Shown in pieces: positions 9,514 through 20,685 of a stretch of DNA of 63,452 nucleotides. How positions within the stretch are numbered: the stretch's first letter is position 1; the number at the start of each line of letters is the position of its first letter. Origin of the DNA: Candidatus Omnitrophota bacterium (GTDB lineage Bacteria; Omnitrophota; Gorgyraeia; Tantalellales; Tantalellaceae); assembly GCA_049642015.1 (NCBI GenBank), contig JBAROI010000095.1:1-63452 (forward strand). Reading direction: 5' to 3'. Both the position numbers and the translations under genes were made by a program. The notes under the pieces are model-generated. The model saw nothing but the letters and a program-made list of their open reading frames with translations. It had not been told where the DNA came from and searched no databases.

Positions 9514-10841
9514 AAAGATTCTCCTATGAGGTCGTATTCCATGGATCCTGTTACTTTTACGTCAACGAATTCTCCCACGCTGATGTTCTTGCCGCGTAAA
9601 TAAATCACTCCGTCCACTTCAGGCGCATCCATCTGCGTCCTGCCGATGAACTGTTCGGGGTCTTCTTCGTCTTTATCGTCCACGATGATCTTCAAGGCCT
9701 TGCCCGTGTATTTCAGGTTATTTTCAAGGGATATCTCCTGCTGGAGTTTCATTATCTCGTCGAACCTGGCCTTTTTTATTTCTTCGGGAACCTGGCCGTC
9801 AAATTTGACCGCTTCGGTCCCTTCTTCAGGCGAATAGATAAACGCTCCAAGTTTATCAAACCTGATCTCTTTCAAAAAATCCACGAGCTCCTTAAAATCA
9901 CTGTCAGTTTCTCCGGGAAAGCCGACTATCACGGAGGTTCTGAGCGTCACGTCCTTTATCCCGCCGCGTATCTTCCCGATAAGGTCTTTTATTTCATTCT
10001 TTGACGACCTGCGGTTCATTTGCCGCAATATTTTATCACTCGCGTGCTGAATTGGCAAATCTATATATTTGCAAACGTTATCGGCGCGGGCGATCGTCTC
10101 GATCAGTTCATCCGTAAAATGCGCCGGATGGGTATAGAGCAGTCTTACCCAGCTATCCCCCATTACGGCACTCACTTTTTTTAGAAGCTCCGCGAGCTCG
10201 GGCTTACCGCTCCTGTCGATACCGAACGAGGTCGTGTCCTGGCCTATCAGAATAACTTCTTTCACGTTATGAGATGTTTTGAGGTCTTTTACTTCATTAA
10301 GAACGGATTCTATCGTTCTGCTGCGGCGGGGCCCTTTAAGTTCCGGGATAACACAATACGAGCACCTGTTAGAACAGCCCTCCTGGATCTTTACATACGC
10401 ATAATGAGCGGGGGTGAGGAACTTTCTTTCGTATTTTTCGTCGTACATAAAATCCGGCGAACGGGAAACCTCTTTTATTTTTTCGCCGGCGGCGATAGCT
10501 GAGATCATGTCCGGGATCTTTACAAAATCGGCGGTCCCGAATACTCCGTCAATTTCCTTTATCTCTTTCGTCAGCTCAAACGGATATCTCTGTGAAAGGC
10601 ATCCCGCCACGATGAGTTTGCCTATCTTTCCCTCTTTTTTAAGCTCGGCCAGGCGGAGAATAATATCCACTGATTCCTGTTTCGCGTCCTCAATGAAACC
10701 GCAGGTATTAACAATAGCCACATCGGAGCCCTCGGGGTCATCGACCAAAGAGAAGCCCTTTTTATCAAGAAGGCCCCGCAGGACCTCGCTGTCGACAAGA
10801 TTTCGCGGACAACCAAGACTTAAAAGATAGATATTTTTCAT
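9510..10841 (-). CDS. rimO: ribosomal protein S12 methylthiotransferase
   Basis: 443 aa. N-terminal SLGCPRNLVDSE, radical-SAM CSNRCSYCVIP, C-terminal TRAM (GEFVDVKVTG). Confidence 0.85.
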   Translation of the reverse strand: MKNIYLLSLGCPRNLVDSEVLRGLLDKKGFSLVDDPEGSDVAIVNTCGFIEDAKQESVDIILRLAELKKEGKIGKLIVAGCLSQRYPFELTKEIKEIDGVFGTADFVKIPDMISAIAAGEKIKEVSRSPDFMYDEKYERKFLTPAHYAYVKIQEGCSNRCSYCVIPELKGPRRSRTIESVLNEVKDLKTSHNVKEVILIGQDTTSFGIDRSGKPELAELLKKVSAVMGDSWVRLLYTHPAHFTDELIETIARADNVCKYIDLPIQHASDKILRQMNRRSSKNEIKDLIGKIRGGIKDVTLRTSVIVGFPGETDSDFKELVDFLKEIRFDKLGAFIYSPEEGTEAVKFDGQVPEEIKKARFDEIMKLQQEISLENNLKYTGKALKIIVDDKDEEDPEQFIGRTQMDAPEVDGVIYLRGKNISVGEFVDVKVTGSMEYDLIGESL

Positions 10842-10870
10842 GTGTGGAATTACGGATCGGAGGAGCGGGT

Positions 10871-11689
10871 TCAGAAGCGGGTAACCCAGTTGTCGTCTAT
10901 CGTGATTCCCTCTTTTGAAATTTTTATGTTCTTTATAACTCCATCGGCAATTTTTCCGAGCTTTTTTCTATTCACGATAAAGTCCAGCATCTCGGCCCTG
11001 CCGGTCCATATGGCAATGGCCTTATCCGACTCAAAGCTCTTTTTATCGCCTTTTCTGAGCACGCCGACAAAGAGGGTTTTATTTCCCTCCGTGACCTTTA
11101 CCCAGGCTTCACCGCGCGCTTCAAGCGTCAGCTCCACGGTCGGCTTTTTAGCCGCCTGAGTCGTTCTTCCCTCACGGGTAGACGCTGCCGGAGCTTTTTC
11201 TTTTTTCACTACCGGCGCAGTTGTAGCTTTTGCTTCAGTAACAGTAGCCGCTCTTCTTTGTCTGGCTTCAACAAATTTCGACTTCAGCCTTCCGGCAAGC
11301 ACGAATATAAGGACTAAAAGGACTACTGAAAAAAGTCCTATCAGCACCATCTGGATCGTTTTTTCCGGCATGGCAAAGGAGGGGCCTCTTTCTATCGGCT
11401 CCTCCTTCATCTTGATGTCCGGATTGAATTCTGCCTTAGGAAGTTCTCCTGATAATTCGTCAAATTTTTTAAGAATATTTCCGGCATCCAGATTGAGAAA
11501 TATCGCGTATTTCTTTAAAAAACTCTTCACGTAAAGTTTGTTAAGCCTGCCGAACACGCCGCTTTCGATGTCGTTAATGACATTCAGGTGGATGCGGGAG
11601 CGCTCGTTCGCTTCTTCTACGCTGATACCAATCTTTTCACGGGCTTCTTTGTAGATCTTTCCTATTTCTTTAGCTTCAGGATTTATCAT
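10871..11689 (-). CDS. RodZ-like cytoskeleton protein (HTH + TM + DUF4115-like C-terminus)
   Basis: 272 aa. N-terminal XRE-type HTH (IGISVEEANERSRIHLNVINDIESG), a single TM (IQMVLIGLFSVVLLVLIFVLA), a low-complexity linker, and a C-terminal beta domain WVKVTEGNKTLFVGVLRKGD. Confidence 0.7.
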   Translation of the reverse strand: MINPEAKEIGKIYKEAREKIGISVEEANERSRIHLNVINDIESGVFGRLNKLYVKSFLKKYAIFLNLDAGNILKKFDELSGELPKAEFNPDIKMKEEPIERGPSFAMPEKTIQMVLIGLFSVVLLVLIFVLAGRLKSKFVEARQRRAATVTEAKATTAPVVKKEKAPAASTREGRTTQAAKKPTVELTLEARGEAWVKVTEGNKTLFVGVLRKGDKKSFESDKAIAIWTGRAEMLDFIVNRKKLGKIADGVIKNIKISKEGITIDDNWVTRF

Positions 11690-11691
11690 AA

Positions 11692-13932
11692 TTATTCCTC
11701 TTCCGCCTCTATTTCATCCAGGCCTTCTATCAAGATCTCTCTCGGCTTTGCGCCGTTATATGGTCCGACAATACCTTCTTCTTCCATGATATCTATCATT
11801 CTGGCCGCTCTTGTATATCCCACCCTGAGCCTGCGCTGTATCATTGAGACTGACGCCTGCCGGGTCTGTATAACCATCTCTACGGCCTGCCTGTAAAGCT
11901 CGTCCCTCTCCTGTTCGACGCCGCTTGCCTTCTTTTCCTGCGTCCTTATGACCTCTTCCACATATTGCGGACCTGCCTGGTCCTTTATGACCTTGACGAG
12001 ATTCTTGATCTCGCTGTCTTCGACAAGACTGCATTGTCCGCGGATCAGATCCGTCTCTCCCGGCTCCATGAACAACATATCGCCCCTGCCCAGAAGTTTC
12101 TCCGCACCGTTCATGTCAAGAACCGTTCTTGAATCTACTTTTGAGGCTACCTTGAACGATATTCTCGCGGGGAAATTGGCTTTAATGACACCCGTAATAA
12201 CGTTGACTGACGGCCTCTGCGTGGCAAGTATCATGTGTATGCCGGCGGCGCGCGAAAGCTGCGCTATGCGCATAATGGCCCCTTCGATCTCATTTTGAGC
12301 TATCACCATGAGGTCCGCGAGTTCATCCACGATGACTATGATGTAAGGCAGGTTCTCCCAATCTTCTTCGGCTTTTTCTTTATATCTTGTTATGTTCCTG
12401 ACACCCTGTCCCGCGAATATCTCGTAGCGCCTTTCCATCTCCTTGACCACCCAGCCGAGTGCCGCGGATACCTTTTTGGGATTCGTAACGATCGGGGAAA
12501 TAAGATGAGGAATGCCTTCAAACATCATAAGCTCGACGCGTTTCGGATCCACCATCAGGAATTTCAGCTCATCGGGAGAGGAGTTGAACAAAAGACTGGA
12601 GATGATGCCGTTCAGACAGACTGTTTTTCCTGAACCGGTAGCGCCGGCGATCAGAAGGTGCGGCATCTTTTCAAGGTCGGTGACTATCGGCGAACCTTCC
12701 AGGTCCTTTCCCAGGGCCATTTTAAGCGCGGATTCCTCTTCGCCGTATTCTTCTGTCTCCAGTATCTCCTTGAGAAGAACCAGTTCACTTTTGTCGTTCG
12801 GGACCTCGATACCTATAGTTCCCTTACCCGGCAGCGGAGCGACGATCCTTATGTTTGACGACTTCATTGCAAGCGAAAGGTTATCCCCGAGCGAAGTGAT
12901 CTTGTTCACTTTCGTGCCGATAGCAGGCTCCAGCTCGAACATGGTTATGACGGGACCCCTGTTTATCGCCACGACTTTCGCTTCTACGCCGAACTCGCCA
13001 AGCGTGGATTCCAAAAGAGCCGCCTTCGCTTTCAGGTCTTCTGTTTTCGCCTTTTCCCCGCCTTTTGCCGAGCTCTTCAACAGATTATATGTTGGTAATT
13101 TATACTCGAGTTTCTCTCCAGCTGAACCGCTCGATACGGCCGCAACCCTCGCGGGCTTTGCCGTCGCTCTCGCAGGCTCCTTCGGGGTAGCTATCCTGGG
13201 AGCGAAGAGTTTTTTTGGCACGGCTTCTTTCGGCGCCCTGGAAGCCAGGGAAGTCCTCCTGACCTCCTCGACCTGCTTTTTCATCGATTCGAGCTTTTTT
13301 GCTATTTCTTTCTTTGCGGATTTTATCCTGCTTCGTCTTTCGACTCTCCCGGAAGCGATCGCCTCCGCCCTCCCGGAAATGCCTTCTTTTGTGCGTGACA
13401 ACATTCCTGTGAAAAATTTATAGATCGCTATAACCACCGGAAGTATTAAAAATTCCGTGGCGACAAGCACGGAAAGTATTATCATGGCGCTGATAAAAAC
13501 GGTAGCGCCTGCCCTTCCGAGATATTTGATCAGAAAATGCGAAACGAACGAACCGATCAACCCGCCTTGCGCGAAAGCCGCGGTCTTCCCGGTACCGGAT
13601 AACATGCTCAAACTCGCGCTTACCGCGGTAACGAGAAATACCGTTCCGAAGATCTTAAAGAACATCTTCCTCGGTTCCATCTGGAGGAGTCTGGATATTC
13701 CCCAGATCATAATAAGGAAAGGGACCACGTACGAGGCGCTGCCAACAAGAAAAACCAGAATGCCGCCGATATACGAACCGACGATCCCCGTGACGTTCTG
13801 TTTTGACACGTTGGGACTGCTGGTGTAAAAAGAAAGGTCCTGATCACTGAAAGTAAAAATACTCAAAAACAGGAAAAGGCTTACAGTGAACAGTACGACT
13901 GCTTTTATTTCATTCCTTCTTGTCACGTCCAT
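11692..13932 (-). CDS. ftsK: DNA translocase FtsK
   Basis: 746 aa. N-terminal TM helices, Walker A GATGSGKTV, Walker B IIVIVDELADLM, gamma winged helix SVSMIQRRLRVGYTRAARMIDIMEEEGIVG. Confidence 0.95.
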   Translation of the reverse strand: MDVTRRNEIKAVVLFTVSLFLFLSIFTFSDQDLSFYTSSPNVSKQNVTGIVGSYIGGILVFLVGSASYVVPFLIMIWGISRLLQMEPRKMFFKIFGTVFLVTAVSASLSMLSGTGKTAAFAQGGLIGSFVSHFLIKYLGRAGATVFISAMIILSVLVATEFLILPVVIAIYKFFTGMLSRTKEGISGRAEAIASGRVERRSRIKSAKKEIAKKLESMKKQVEEVRRTSLASRAPKEAVPKKLFAPRIATPKEPARATAKPARVAAVSSGSAGEKLEYKLPTYNLLKSSAKGGEKAKTEDLKAKAALLESTLGEFGVEAKVVAINRGPVITMFELEPAIGTKVNKITSLGDNLSLAMKSSNIRIVAPLPGKGTIGIEVPNDKSELVLLKEILETEEYGEEESALKMALGKDLEGSPIVTDLEKMPHLLIAGATGSGKTVCLNGIISSLLFNSSPDELKFLMVDPKRVELMMFEGIPHLISPIVTNPKKVSAALGWVVKEMERRYEIFAGQGVRNITRYKEKAEEDWENLPYIIVIVDELADLMVIAQNEIEGAIMRIAQLSRAAGIHMILATQRPSVNVITGVIKANFPARISFKVASKVDSRTVLDMNGAEKLLGRGDMLFMEPGETDLIRGQCSLVEDSEIKNLVKVIKDQAGPQYVEEVIRTQEKKASGVEQERDELYRQAVEMVIQTRQASVSMIQRRLRVGYTRAARMIDIMEEEGIVGPYNGAKPREILIEGLDEIEAEEE

Positions 13933-13941
13933 AGGCTTATA

Positions 13942-14712
13942 TTACTCCCAAAATAGTATACCTGCTAAACCCAGTAGTAGGCAATATATACCGAAAATAA
14001 ACAAGCGTCTGGCCTTTACGGCCCTCCACAAAAGCATCAGACTCAAAAACCCTACCACAAAGGCGGCGATCATTCCCGTTGCGTAGTTTCCCACATTACT
14101 CAAGACAGCGCTGGCGAAGTCTATCTTGAGGGCTTTATACAAAGTTGCCCCGAGAATAACGGGGATCGATAACAAAAACGAAAATTTAAAGGCGTTTTCC
14201 GCGTTCATCCCGCCCAATAGCCCGCTGGAAATCGTCATGCCGCTGCGCGAAACTCCCGGAAGAAGGGCAAACGCCTGGCCTATCCCCACCAATAGCGACG
14301 TCAATGCCGTCGGGCCTTTGCCGGGGCATGCTCTTTTAACCTGACTTATCTGTCCCACGAAAAGCGCAAGCGCCGTCACGATAAACATAAACGCTACTTT
14401 TTTAGGGCTTATGAACACGAGCGATATTTTTTCCTCAAAAAGCAACGCCGCGATCACCGCCGGGACAGTACCAATGGCAATAAACAAAAGCCAGTCGGTT
14501 CTCTTTTCCCGTATCATGGAAAGAATGTCTTTCCCGAAATATATCAAAACCGCCATTAACGTCCCTACGTGAAGGCATATGTCAAAGAAAATGCTCGGCT
14601 CAGATAAACCGAAAAACTTATGCACCAGGACCAGATGTCCTGAACTTGAAACCGGCATAAACTCCGTCAGTCCCTGCACAACGCCTGATATCAAAGCTTC
14701 AGTTATCGACAT
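13942..14712 (-). CDS. uppP: undecaprenyl-diphosphate phosphatase
   Basis: 256 aa. GLTEFMPVSSSGHL and PGVSRSG motifs. Polytopic. Confidence 0.9.
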   Translation of the reverse strand: MSITEALISGVVQGLTEFMPVSSSGHLVLVHKFFGLSEPSIFFDICLHVGTLMAVLIYFGKDILSMIREKRTDWLLFIAIGTVPAVIAALLFEEKISLVFISPKKVAFMFIVTALALFVGQISQVKRACPGKGPTALTSLLVGIGQAFALLPGVSRSGMTISSGLLGGMNAENAFKFSFLLSIPVILGATLYKALKIDFASAVLSNVGNYATGMIAAFVVGFLSLMLLWRAVKARRLFIFGIYCLLLGLAGILFWE

Positions 14713-14720
14713 TTTAAATC

Positions 14721-15170
14721 CTAAACCCCGGTGTGACCAAAACCGCCATGCGCCCGCGCGGTCTCGTCAAGCTCTTCCACTTCAACGAATTCAGCCCGCG
14801 TGACCTCTTTTATCACCATCTGGGCGAGCTTCATCCCCCGTTTTATCGTAAAATCCTCTTTGCCCAGATTAGTGATAATGAGATTTATTAATCCGCGGTA
14901 ATCGCTGTCGATCGTTCCGGGAGTATTAACAAGGCTTATGCCGTGCTTGATGGCGAGGCCACTTCTCGGCCTGACCTGGGCTTCGTAACCCTGCGGTAAT
15001 CCTATATATATGCCGCACGAGATGAGTTTTATATCTCCGGGGGACAGCGCAACGTCCTCTTGAACGTCGGCGTAGAGATCCACGCCACTTGAACCATCTG
15101 TGGCGTAAGCTGGAATTGGCAGGTCTTTCGCGCTTTCCTTGCGTTTTATATTAACTTTTATCTTCTTCAA
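14721..15170 (-). CDS. dut: dUTP diphosphatase
   Basis: 149 aa. [33 protein letters not shown]. Confidence 0.95.
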   Translation of the reverse strand: MKKIKVNIKRKESAKDLPIPAYATDGSSGVDLYADVQEDVALSPGDIKLISCGIYIGLPQGYEAQVRPRSGLAIKHGISLVNTPGTIDSDYRGLINLIITNLGKEDFTIKRGMKLAQMVIKEVTRAEFVEVEELDETARAHGGFGHTGV

Positions 15171-17238
15171 CTTGTTTCATGCTCAGCTTGACGCGGTTTT
15201 GATCGTCAATGCCGATAAGCTTAACTTTAATCATCTGCCCTTCTTTTACAACATCCGTTACTTCTTTTACGTATTCATTCGAAAGCTCCGAAACGTGTAT
15301 AAGTCCTTCCTGCCCGGGCAGAAATTCACAAAAAGCGCCGAAATTCATGATCTTCGTTATCTTGGCATCGTACACTCTACCGATTTCAGGCTCTTCAAGG
15401 ATACCTTCTATGATCGCAACTGCCTTATCGAGAGACTCCTTGTCAGCCGAAGCTACCTGACAAGTTCCGTCGTCCTCTATGTTTATGTCGGCTCCTGTGT
15501 CGGCGATTATCTTCCGGATAACCTTACCCCCGGACCCTATGACCTCTCTTATCTTATCTACCTTGATCTTGATCGTGACTATTCTCGGCGCGTGCGGTGA
15601 TATCTCTTCCAGGGGCTTGGAAATAGTCTTTCCCATATGGTCCAGTATTTCCAAGCGGGCTTTTTTTGCCCTTTCAAAAGCCTCTGCGAGGATATCAAAA
15701 CTTATTCCGCCGATCTTCAGGTCCATCTGCACGGCCGTGATTCCGTCTTTCGTTCCCGCAACCTTGAAGTCCATATCCCCGTAGTGGTCTTCAGCTCCGG
15801 CGATATCCGTGAGAATAGCGTACTCCGAGTCGCCCTTGACCAATCCCATTGCTATTCCGGAAACAGCGTCCGTTACGGGTACGCCTGTAGCCATCAGAGA
15901 AAGGGAGGTCGCGCATACTGAAGCCATCGAACTTGACCCGTTCGACTCCAGAATCTCGGATACGACTCTTACCGTGTAAGGGAAATCTTCTTTTGAGGGA
16001 AGAACGGGCGTAATCGCCTTTTCGGCAAGAGCCCCGTGGCCTATTTCACGTCTGCCGGGCCCTCTCATGGGCCTTGTTTCGCCTACGCTGAAAGGCGGAA
16101 AATTATAGTGCAGCATGAAAGATTTAAAAAATTCGCCTTCAAGAGCGTCGATGATCTGCTCGTCCGAACTTGTTCCCAGCGTAGTAACTGCCAGCGCCTG
16201 TGTCTCTCCGCGCGTAAAAAGGCCGGATCCGTGCGTGCGTGGAAGTATATTGACGTCTGACTGTAAATCTCTTATCTCGTCAAACTTTCTCCCATCAATG
16301 CGCTTTTTATTGTTCAGGATGAAATCCCTGACCACTTCCTTTTCGACTTTTTCCAGGGCGAGGCTTACCGCCGCCTCAACGTTTTCGTATTTTTCAGGAT
16401 CCTCGGCTTTGACCAGCTCTTCCTTTAAAGAGTCGCGCCCTTCAGAGCGCTGCTTTTTCTCGGAGAGCTGCAGGACCTTTTTCAATTCGTCTGATGCTTT
16501 CGGTTTGATTTTTTCGTAAAGCTCTTCGTTTACCCTTGCAAACGATATGTCTTCTCTTTTTGGTTTGCTGGCTTTTTTACCAAGTTGTTTCTGTAGGTCC
16601 AAAAGAACCTTAAGATTTTCATGGCCGAACTTTATCGCTTCTATTGTTTTTTCCTCGCTGATCTTGTCCGCGCCGGCTTCCAGCATAATAACGCTTTCCT
16701 CATTTGCCACGACAACAAGATCGAGCTTGCTCTCTTCAAGGTCCTTGAATGTCGGATTAATTACGAATTGGTCATTTATCATACCCACCCTTACGGCTCC
16801 GATAGGCCCGTCAAAAGGAATATCGGAAATCATAAGCGCGGCCGAAGCGCCTATAAGCGCCAAAATGTCAGAATCATTTTTCCCGTCCGAAGACAAGACA
16901 GTCGCTACAACCTGAACTTCGTTTAACATGCCTTGGGGGAATAACGGCCGGATCGGCCTGTCTATCATTCTTGCAGTTAGAACCGCTTTTGTAGAAGGGC
17001 GTCCTTCTCTCTTAAAAAAACCACCGGGGATCTTTCCGGCAGCGAAAGTTTTTTCCTGATATTCAACGGTCAAAGGAAAAAATCCCAGACCTTCCCTTGG
17101 CTGTTTTGAAGAAACACATGTCACCAAAACCATGGTCCCGCCGTACGTAACAGTTACAGAACCGCTTGCCTGTTTGGCCAGCTTTCCGGTTTCGATTAGC
17201 ATCTCTTCCTGGCCGATCTTAGCGCTAGCTTTTTCCAT
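15151..17238 (-). CDS. pnp: polyribonucleotide nucleotidyltransferase (PNPase)
   Basis: 695 aa. Two RNase PH-like halves ([13 protein letters not shown]), a KH domain ([10 protein letters not shown]) and an S1 domain ([18 protein letters not shown]). Confidence 0.97.
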   Translation of the reverse strand: MEKASAKIGQEEMLIETGKLAKQASGSVTVTYGGTMVLVTCVSSKQPREGLGFFPLTVEYQEKTFAAGKIPGGFFKREGRPSTKAVLTARMIDRPIRPLFPQGMLNEVQVVATVLSSDGKNDSDILALIGASAALMISDIPFDGPIGAVRVGMINDQFVINPTFKDLEESKLDLVVVANEESVIMLEAGADKISEEKTIEAIKFGHENLKVLLDLQKQLGKKASKPKREDISFARVNEELYEKIKPKASDELKKVLQLSEKKQRSEGRDSLKEELVKAEDPEKYENVEAAVSLALEKVEKEVVRDFILNNKKRIDGRKFDEIRDLQSDVNILPRTHGSGLFTRGETQALAVTTLGTSSDEQIIDALEGEFFKSFMLHYNFPPFSVGETRPMRGPGRREIGHGALAEKAITPVLPSKEDFPYTVRVVSEILESNGSSSMASVCATSLSLMATGVPVTDAVSGIAMGLVKGDSEYAILTDIAGAEDHYGDMDFKVAGTKDGITAVQMDLKIGGISFDILAEAFERAKKARLEILDHMGKTISKPLEEISPHAPRIVTIKIKVDKIREVIGSGGKVIRKIIADTGADINIEDDGTCQVASADKESLDKAVAIIEGILEEPEIGRVYDAKITKIMNFGAFCEFLPGQEGLIHVSELSNEYVKEVTDVVKEGQMIKVKLIGIDDQNRVKLSMKQVEEDKS

Positions 17239-17297
17239 TATCTTCTCTTTCTTTTGTGCAAAAGATTAATAAAACGACACGAAAAACACAATGTGGG

Positions 17298-17567
17298 TTA
17301 CTTTCTCAGGCCGAGTTTCTCGATGACCTGACCATACCGTTCCCTGTCACTCTTTTTCAGATACGCAAGAAGCTTTCTCCGAGAATTGACAAGTTTTAGC
17401 AGGCCTCTTCTGGAGTGATAGTCCTTTTTATGCTTCTTGAAATGCCCCGTAAGCTGTCCGATACGTTCGGTCAAAAGTGCTATCTGGACCTCCGGCGAAC
17501 CCGTATCTCCCTCGTGTGTCTTAAAGGCGCCTATAACCTCTTGTTTCTTTTCCTTTACAAGAGACAC
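17298..17567 (-). CDS. rpsO: 30S ribosomal protein S15
   Basis: 89 aa. [17 protein letters not shown]...[28 protein letters not shown] start, preceded by GGAGGTGAGG. Confidence 0.95.
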   Translation of the reverse strand: MSLVKEKKQEVIGAFKTHEGDTGSPEVQIALLTERIGQLTGHFKKHKKDYHSRRGLLKLVNSRRKLLAYLKKSDRERYGQVIEKLGLRK

Positions 17568-17690
17568 TGTTCCTCACCTCCTTCTGTTTAGATTTGTCAT
17601 TTTTACCTTACATAACTGCAAATGTATGTTAGCACATGGATAGATTTTTGTAAATAGCTTTTAATATTATATATAGCGGACGGAAACAGC

Positions 17691-18665
17691 TCAGATGGGT
17701 TTGTATTTGCGTATTTTATAAAGGATCCTCTTGCCGCCAAGGACTTTTTCGGCTCTTTCGGCGTCTTTTTTTATCTGCTCTATGAGCCCTTCAACGTTTT
17801 TGAACCTTTTTTCATTGCGCAGTTTCTTGATAAAAAATATTTCCATGGAACTGCCGTACAGGTCCCTATCAAGATCAAATATATGCACTTCCATAAGAGG
17901 TTCTTTTCGCCTGAAAGGGCTTCTTCCGTAAAATGTAGGCCTGAAACCGATATTCAAAATCCCGTCATGCAGCTTTCCGCCCGTATCTACCTTGACGGCA
18001 TAAACGCCCGGCGGCGGGATGACTTCCTGGTGCGGATCTATGTTGGCCGTAGGGGCGCCCAGGATCTTACCGCGCGCGTCCCCCTTAACAACCGTGCCAA
18101 GGACGGATACGGGGCGCCTCAAGAGTTTTTCGGCCTTTTCAAGATTACCTTTCGTGATAAGCCTTCTAAGCCACGTACTGCTTACGATCTTTCCGTTTTT
18201 CCTGACGGGCTGCACGGTGTGAACTTCCAAGCCGTATCTTTTTCCTACTTCCCGGAACGATTCGATGTTTCCCGCTCTGCCCTTCCCGAAGTGAAAGTTT
18301 CCCCCGACATAAACCGTCCGCGCGCCTATTCCATTTATTATGATCTTCTGTATGAATTCTCCAGGATTCATCGAAGCTATAAAATCACTGAAATTGATGA
18401 CGATAGCCGCGTTCAGCCCCATCTTCTCGAATATAAACAGTCGGTGTTCCAGGGACATGATCCGGGGAGGGGTTCTTCTGGGATTTAGAACAGCTTGCGG
18501 ATGGGGATCAAACGTAACGATCGTTCTGTCCCTGCCGTGTCCGGGCGAGTTCAGGATCCTTTTGATAAGACGCTTGTGTCCGATGTGGACCCCGTCAAAT
18601 ATGCCTATCGCGGCGATCGGATCCTTAAGCTCCGCGCTATTTCTGTATCCGTATAATATTTTCAT
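17691..18665 (-). CDS. ribF: bifunctional riboflavin kinase / FMN adenylyltransferase
   Basis: 324 aa. IGIFDGVHIGH, TFDPHP, GDARGKILGAPTANI. Confidence 0.92.
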   Translation of the reverse strand: MKILYGYRNSAELKDPIAAIGIFDGVHIGHKRLIKRILNSPGHGRDRTIVTFDPHPQAVLNPRRTPPRIMSLEHRLFIFEKMGLNAAIVINFSDFIASMNPGEFIQKIIINGIGARTVYVGGNFHFGKGRAGNIESFREVGKRYGLEVHTVQPVRKNGKIVSSTWLRRLITKGNLEKAEKLLRRPVSVLGTVVKGDARGKILGAPTANIDPHQEVIPPPGVYAVKVDTGGKLHDGILNIGFRPTFYGRSPFRRKEPLMEVHIFDLDRDLYGSSMEIFFIKKLRNEKRFKNVEGLIEQIKKDAERAEKVLGGKRILYKIRKYKPI

Positions 18666-19329
18666 TCAGCTTCTCCCGGCTCATACCCGACAGGGACGAA
18701 AGCGCTACGGCATCTTCCAGGGAGAAATCGCCGGACCTGGTGCGTTTTAGTTCCGTGAGATGAGCCCCGCATCCTATTCTTTCCCCGATATCTTCAGCCA
18801 GCTTACGTATATAAGTTCCCTTGCTGCATACCACGCGGAAGACAACATAGGGAGATTTTACATCCATCACTTCAAGTTCCTTTATGACAACTTTTCTCGG
18901 CTCCCTCTCAACTTCCACGCCTTTCCTCGCAAGCTTGTACAGCCTCTTTCCGTTAATCTGCTTAGCCGACACCATGGGGGGAACCTGGTCGATCTCGCCC
19001 ACAAAATCCGCCATCACATCTTTTACTTCTTTTTCCGAAACGCGGACGTCGGCGCTTTCGATCAATTTGCCGTCACGATCTCCGGTATCGGTCCTCTCTC
19101 CGAGCTTCATCGTGGCTACGTATTCTTTTTCCTGGCTTAAAAATTCGGCGGAAAGTTTGGTGGCTTTCCCCAGCAAAAGGACCAGGACTCCCGTAGCGTT
19201 GGGATCAAGCGTCCCGGCGTGGCCGACTTTTTTTATGCGGAACTGTCTGCGCACGAGGTCAACAACGTCGTGACTCGTCATATTCTTTTCTTTATCGACT
19301 ATAAGTATGCCGGCCGGATCCTCACTCAT
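18637..19329 (-). CDS. truB: tRNA pseudouridine(55) synthase
   Basis: 230 aa. GILIVDKEKNMTSHDVV, catalytic GHAGTLDPNATGVL. Confidence 0.92.
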   Translation of the reverse strand: MSEDPAGILIVDKEKNMTSHDVVDLVRRQFRIKKVGHAGTLDPNATGVLVLLLGKATKLSAEFLSQEKEYVATMKLGERTDTGDRDGKLIESADVRVSEKEVKDVMADFVGEIDQVPPMVSAKQINGKRLYKLARKGVEVEREPRKVVIKELEVMDVKSPYVVFRVVCSKGTYIRKLAEDIGERIGCGAHLTELKRTRSGDFSLEDAVALSSLSGMSREKLNENIIRIQK

Positions 19330-20297
19330 AATTCCTTTCTCACTTCCCTGAGCACATTTTCCCTCGCTTTTTCAATGCCTCCCCTTACTACGCACCCCGC
19401 TGCCCTTTTGTGCCCACCGCCGCCGAAACGCGAAGCGATCACGTCAACGTCGACTTCCTCGGACGAGCGGAAACTCACGTCGATAGCGCCGGGATTATTG
19501 ACCCTCTCCTTGAAAAATACGGCTACTTCGACGCCTTTAATGGATCGCGGATAATTGATAAATTCGTCAGTGGCAACGTCTCTAACGCCTTCTTTCTCGC
19601 ACATATCACGGGTCAGGCACATGTGAGCCAGCCTGCCGCTTTCTTCCACCTCTATCGTGGTCAACACCCTCCCGAGCACTCTTATCTGCGAAAGGTCTTT
19701 GTCTTCGAATATCCTGCCATGCATCGCTTTCGGACTTATCCCGCTGGCTATAAGCTTTCCGGCGACCTCGTGAGTCCTTGCGGACGTATTGTCGTAGTTG
19801 AACATGCCTGTATCGGTTACGATCGCCGCGTAAAGCGCGGAACTTATGTCGTGGTCGAGATCTATTCCCATTTTTTCAACGATAGCGAAGATCATTTCAC
19901 CCACCGAACTCGATTCAGCCTCAACCCAGTTGATCTCGCCAAAGTACTCGTTGCTTACGTGATGATCTATGTTCACTATCAGCTGGACGTCGTCCAGTCG
20001 TCCGGCCAGGTTTCCTACCCTGCCCTTGGTCGGGCAGTCAAGGACAATAGCTATTTCCGGCTGAAAATCCCCGGATATGTCACTTAGAATATATTCCGTG
20101 CCGGGCAAAAATTTTAAATTCTCCGGGACCGTGTAATTTCCCGCCATAACGGCTTTTTTTCCCAATTTTTTCAGGATACAAAAAATACTTAACTGGCTCC
20201 CGATGGAATCGCCTTCCGGATTTATGTGGCCGGTTACCATAAAATTATCTTTCGTCTTTAGAACTTCTATTACTTGTTCGATCATTTCATCATTCAT
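19326..20297 (-). CDS. DHH/DHHA1 phosphoesterase, NrnA-like oligoribonuclease / pAp phosphatase
   Basis: 323 aa. GHINPEGDSIGS, NIDHHVSN, GGGGHKRAAG. Confidence 0.8.
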   Translation of the reverse strand: MNDEMIEQVIEVLKTKDNFMVTGHINPEGDSIGSQLSIFCILKKLGKKAVMAGNYTVPENLKFLPGTEYILSDISGDFQPEIAIVLDCPTKGRVGNLAGRLDDVQLIVNIDHHVSNEYFGEINWVEAESSSVGEMIFAIVEKMGIDLDHDISSALYAAIVTDTGMFNYDNTSARTHEVAGKLIASGISPKAMHGRIFEDKDLSQIRVLGRVLTTIEVEESGRLAHMCLTRDMCEKEGVRDVATDEFINYPRSIKGVEVAVFFKERVNNPGAIDVSFRSSEEVDVDVIASRFGGGGHKRAAGCVVRGGIEKARENVLREVRKEL

Positions 20298-20673
20298 TTT
20301 CCGTTCCTTCCCCGCTCTCGTCCGTTTTTTCGTGTTCTTTTTCTATGACATCAAACGTTCTTTCGATGTTCTCTTCTGCCTCTTCTTCTTTATCTTCCAA
20401 AAAAGTGAGCTTTGGCGTAAATTTCATTTTGGCCCTTCCCGCAAGTTCGGACCGGATGAAACTCGCGGCCCTTTTCAGGATCTTCTCGATGACCTGGATC
20501 TCGTGTTCGTCTGAAAATTTCAGGAAATATGCCTTCGCGGTCCTGAGGTCCCGGGAAACTTCGACTTTGGTGATCGACAGGCCGCTTATCCTGGGATCTT
20601 TGATCTTCTCCTGAAGGATCAGGGAAATTTCTCTCTTTATCGCCTCCGATACCCTGTCCATTCTGTCGATCAT
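20290..20673 (-). CDS. rbfA: ribosome-binding factor A
   Basis: 127 aa. RVSEAIKREISLILQEKIKDPR...ITKVEVSRDLRTAKAYF, with an acidic C-terminal tail. Confidence 0.88.
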   Translation of the reverse strand: MIDRMDRVSEAIKREISLILQEKIKDPRISGLSITKVEVSRDLRTAKAYFLKFSDEHEIQVIEKILKRAASFIRSELAGRAKMKFTPKLTFLEDKEEEAEENIERTFDVIEKEHEKTDESGEGTENE

Positions 20674-20685
20674 TCCCGCTCCCTT

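Noticed and set aside
17568-17690. The rpsO upstream spacer examined for a structured autoregulatory leader or a small RNA.
   Set aside because: It is AT-rich with no convincing conserved hairpin or pseudoknot that I could define by eye. It is probably just the promoter and 5' UTR.
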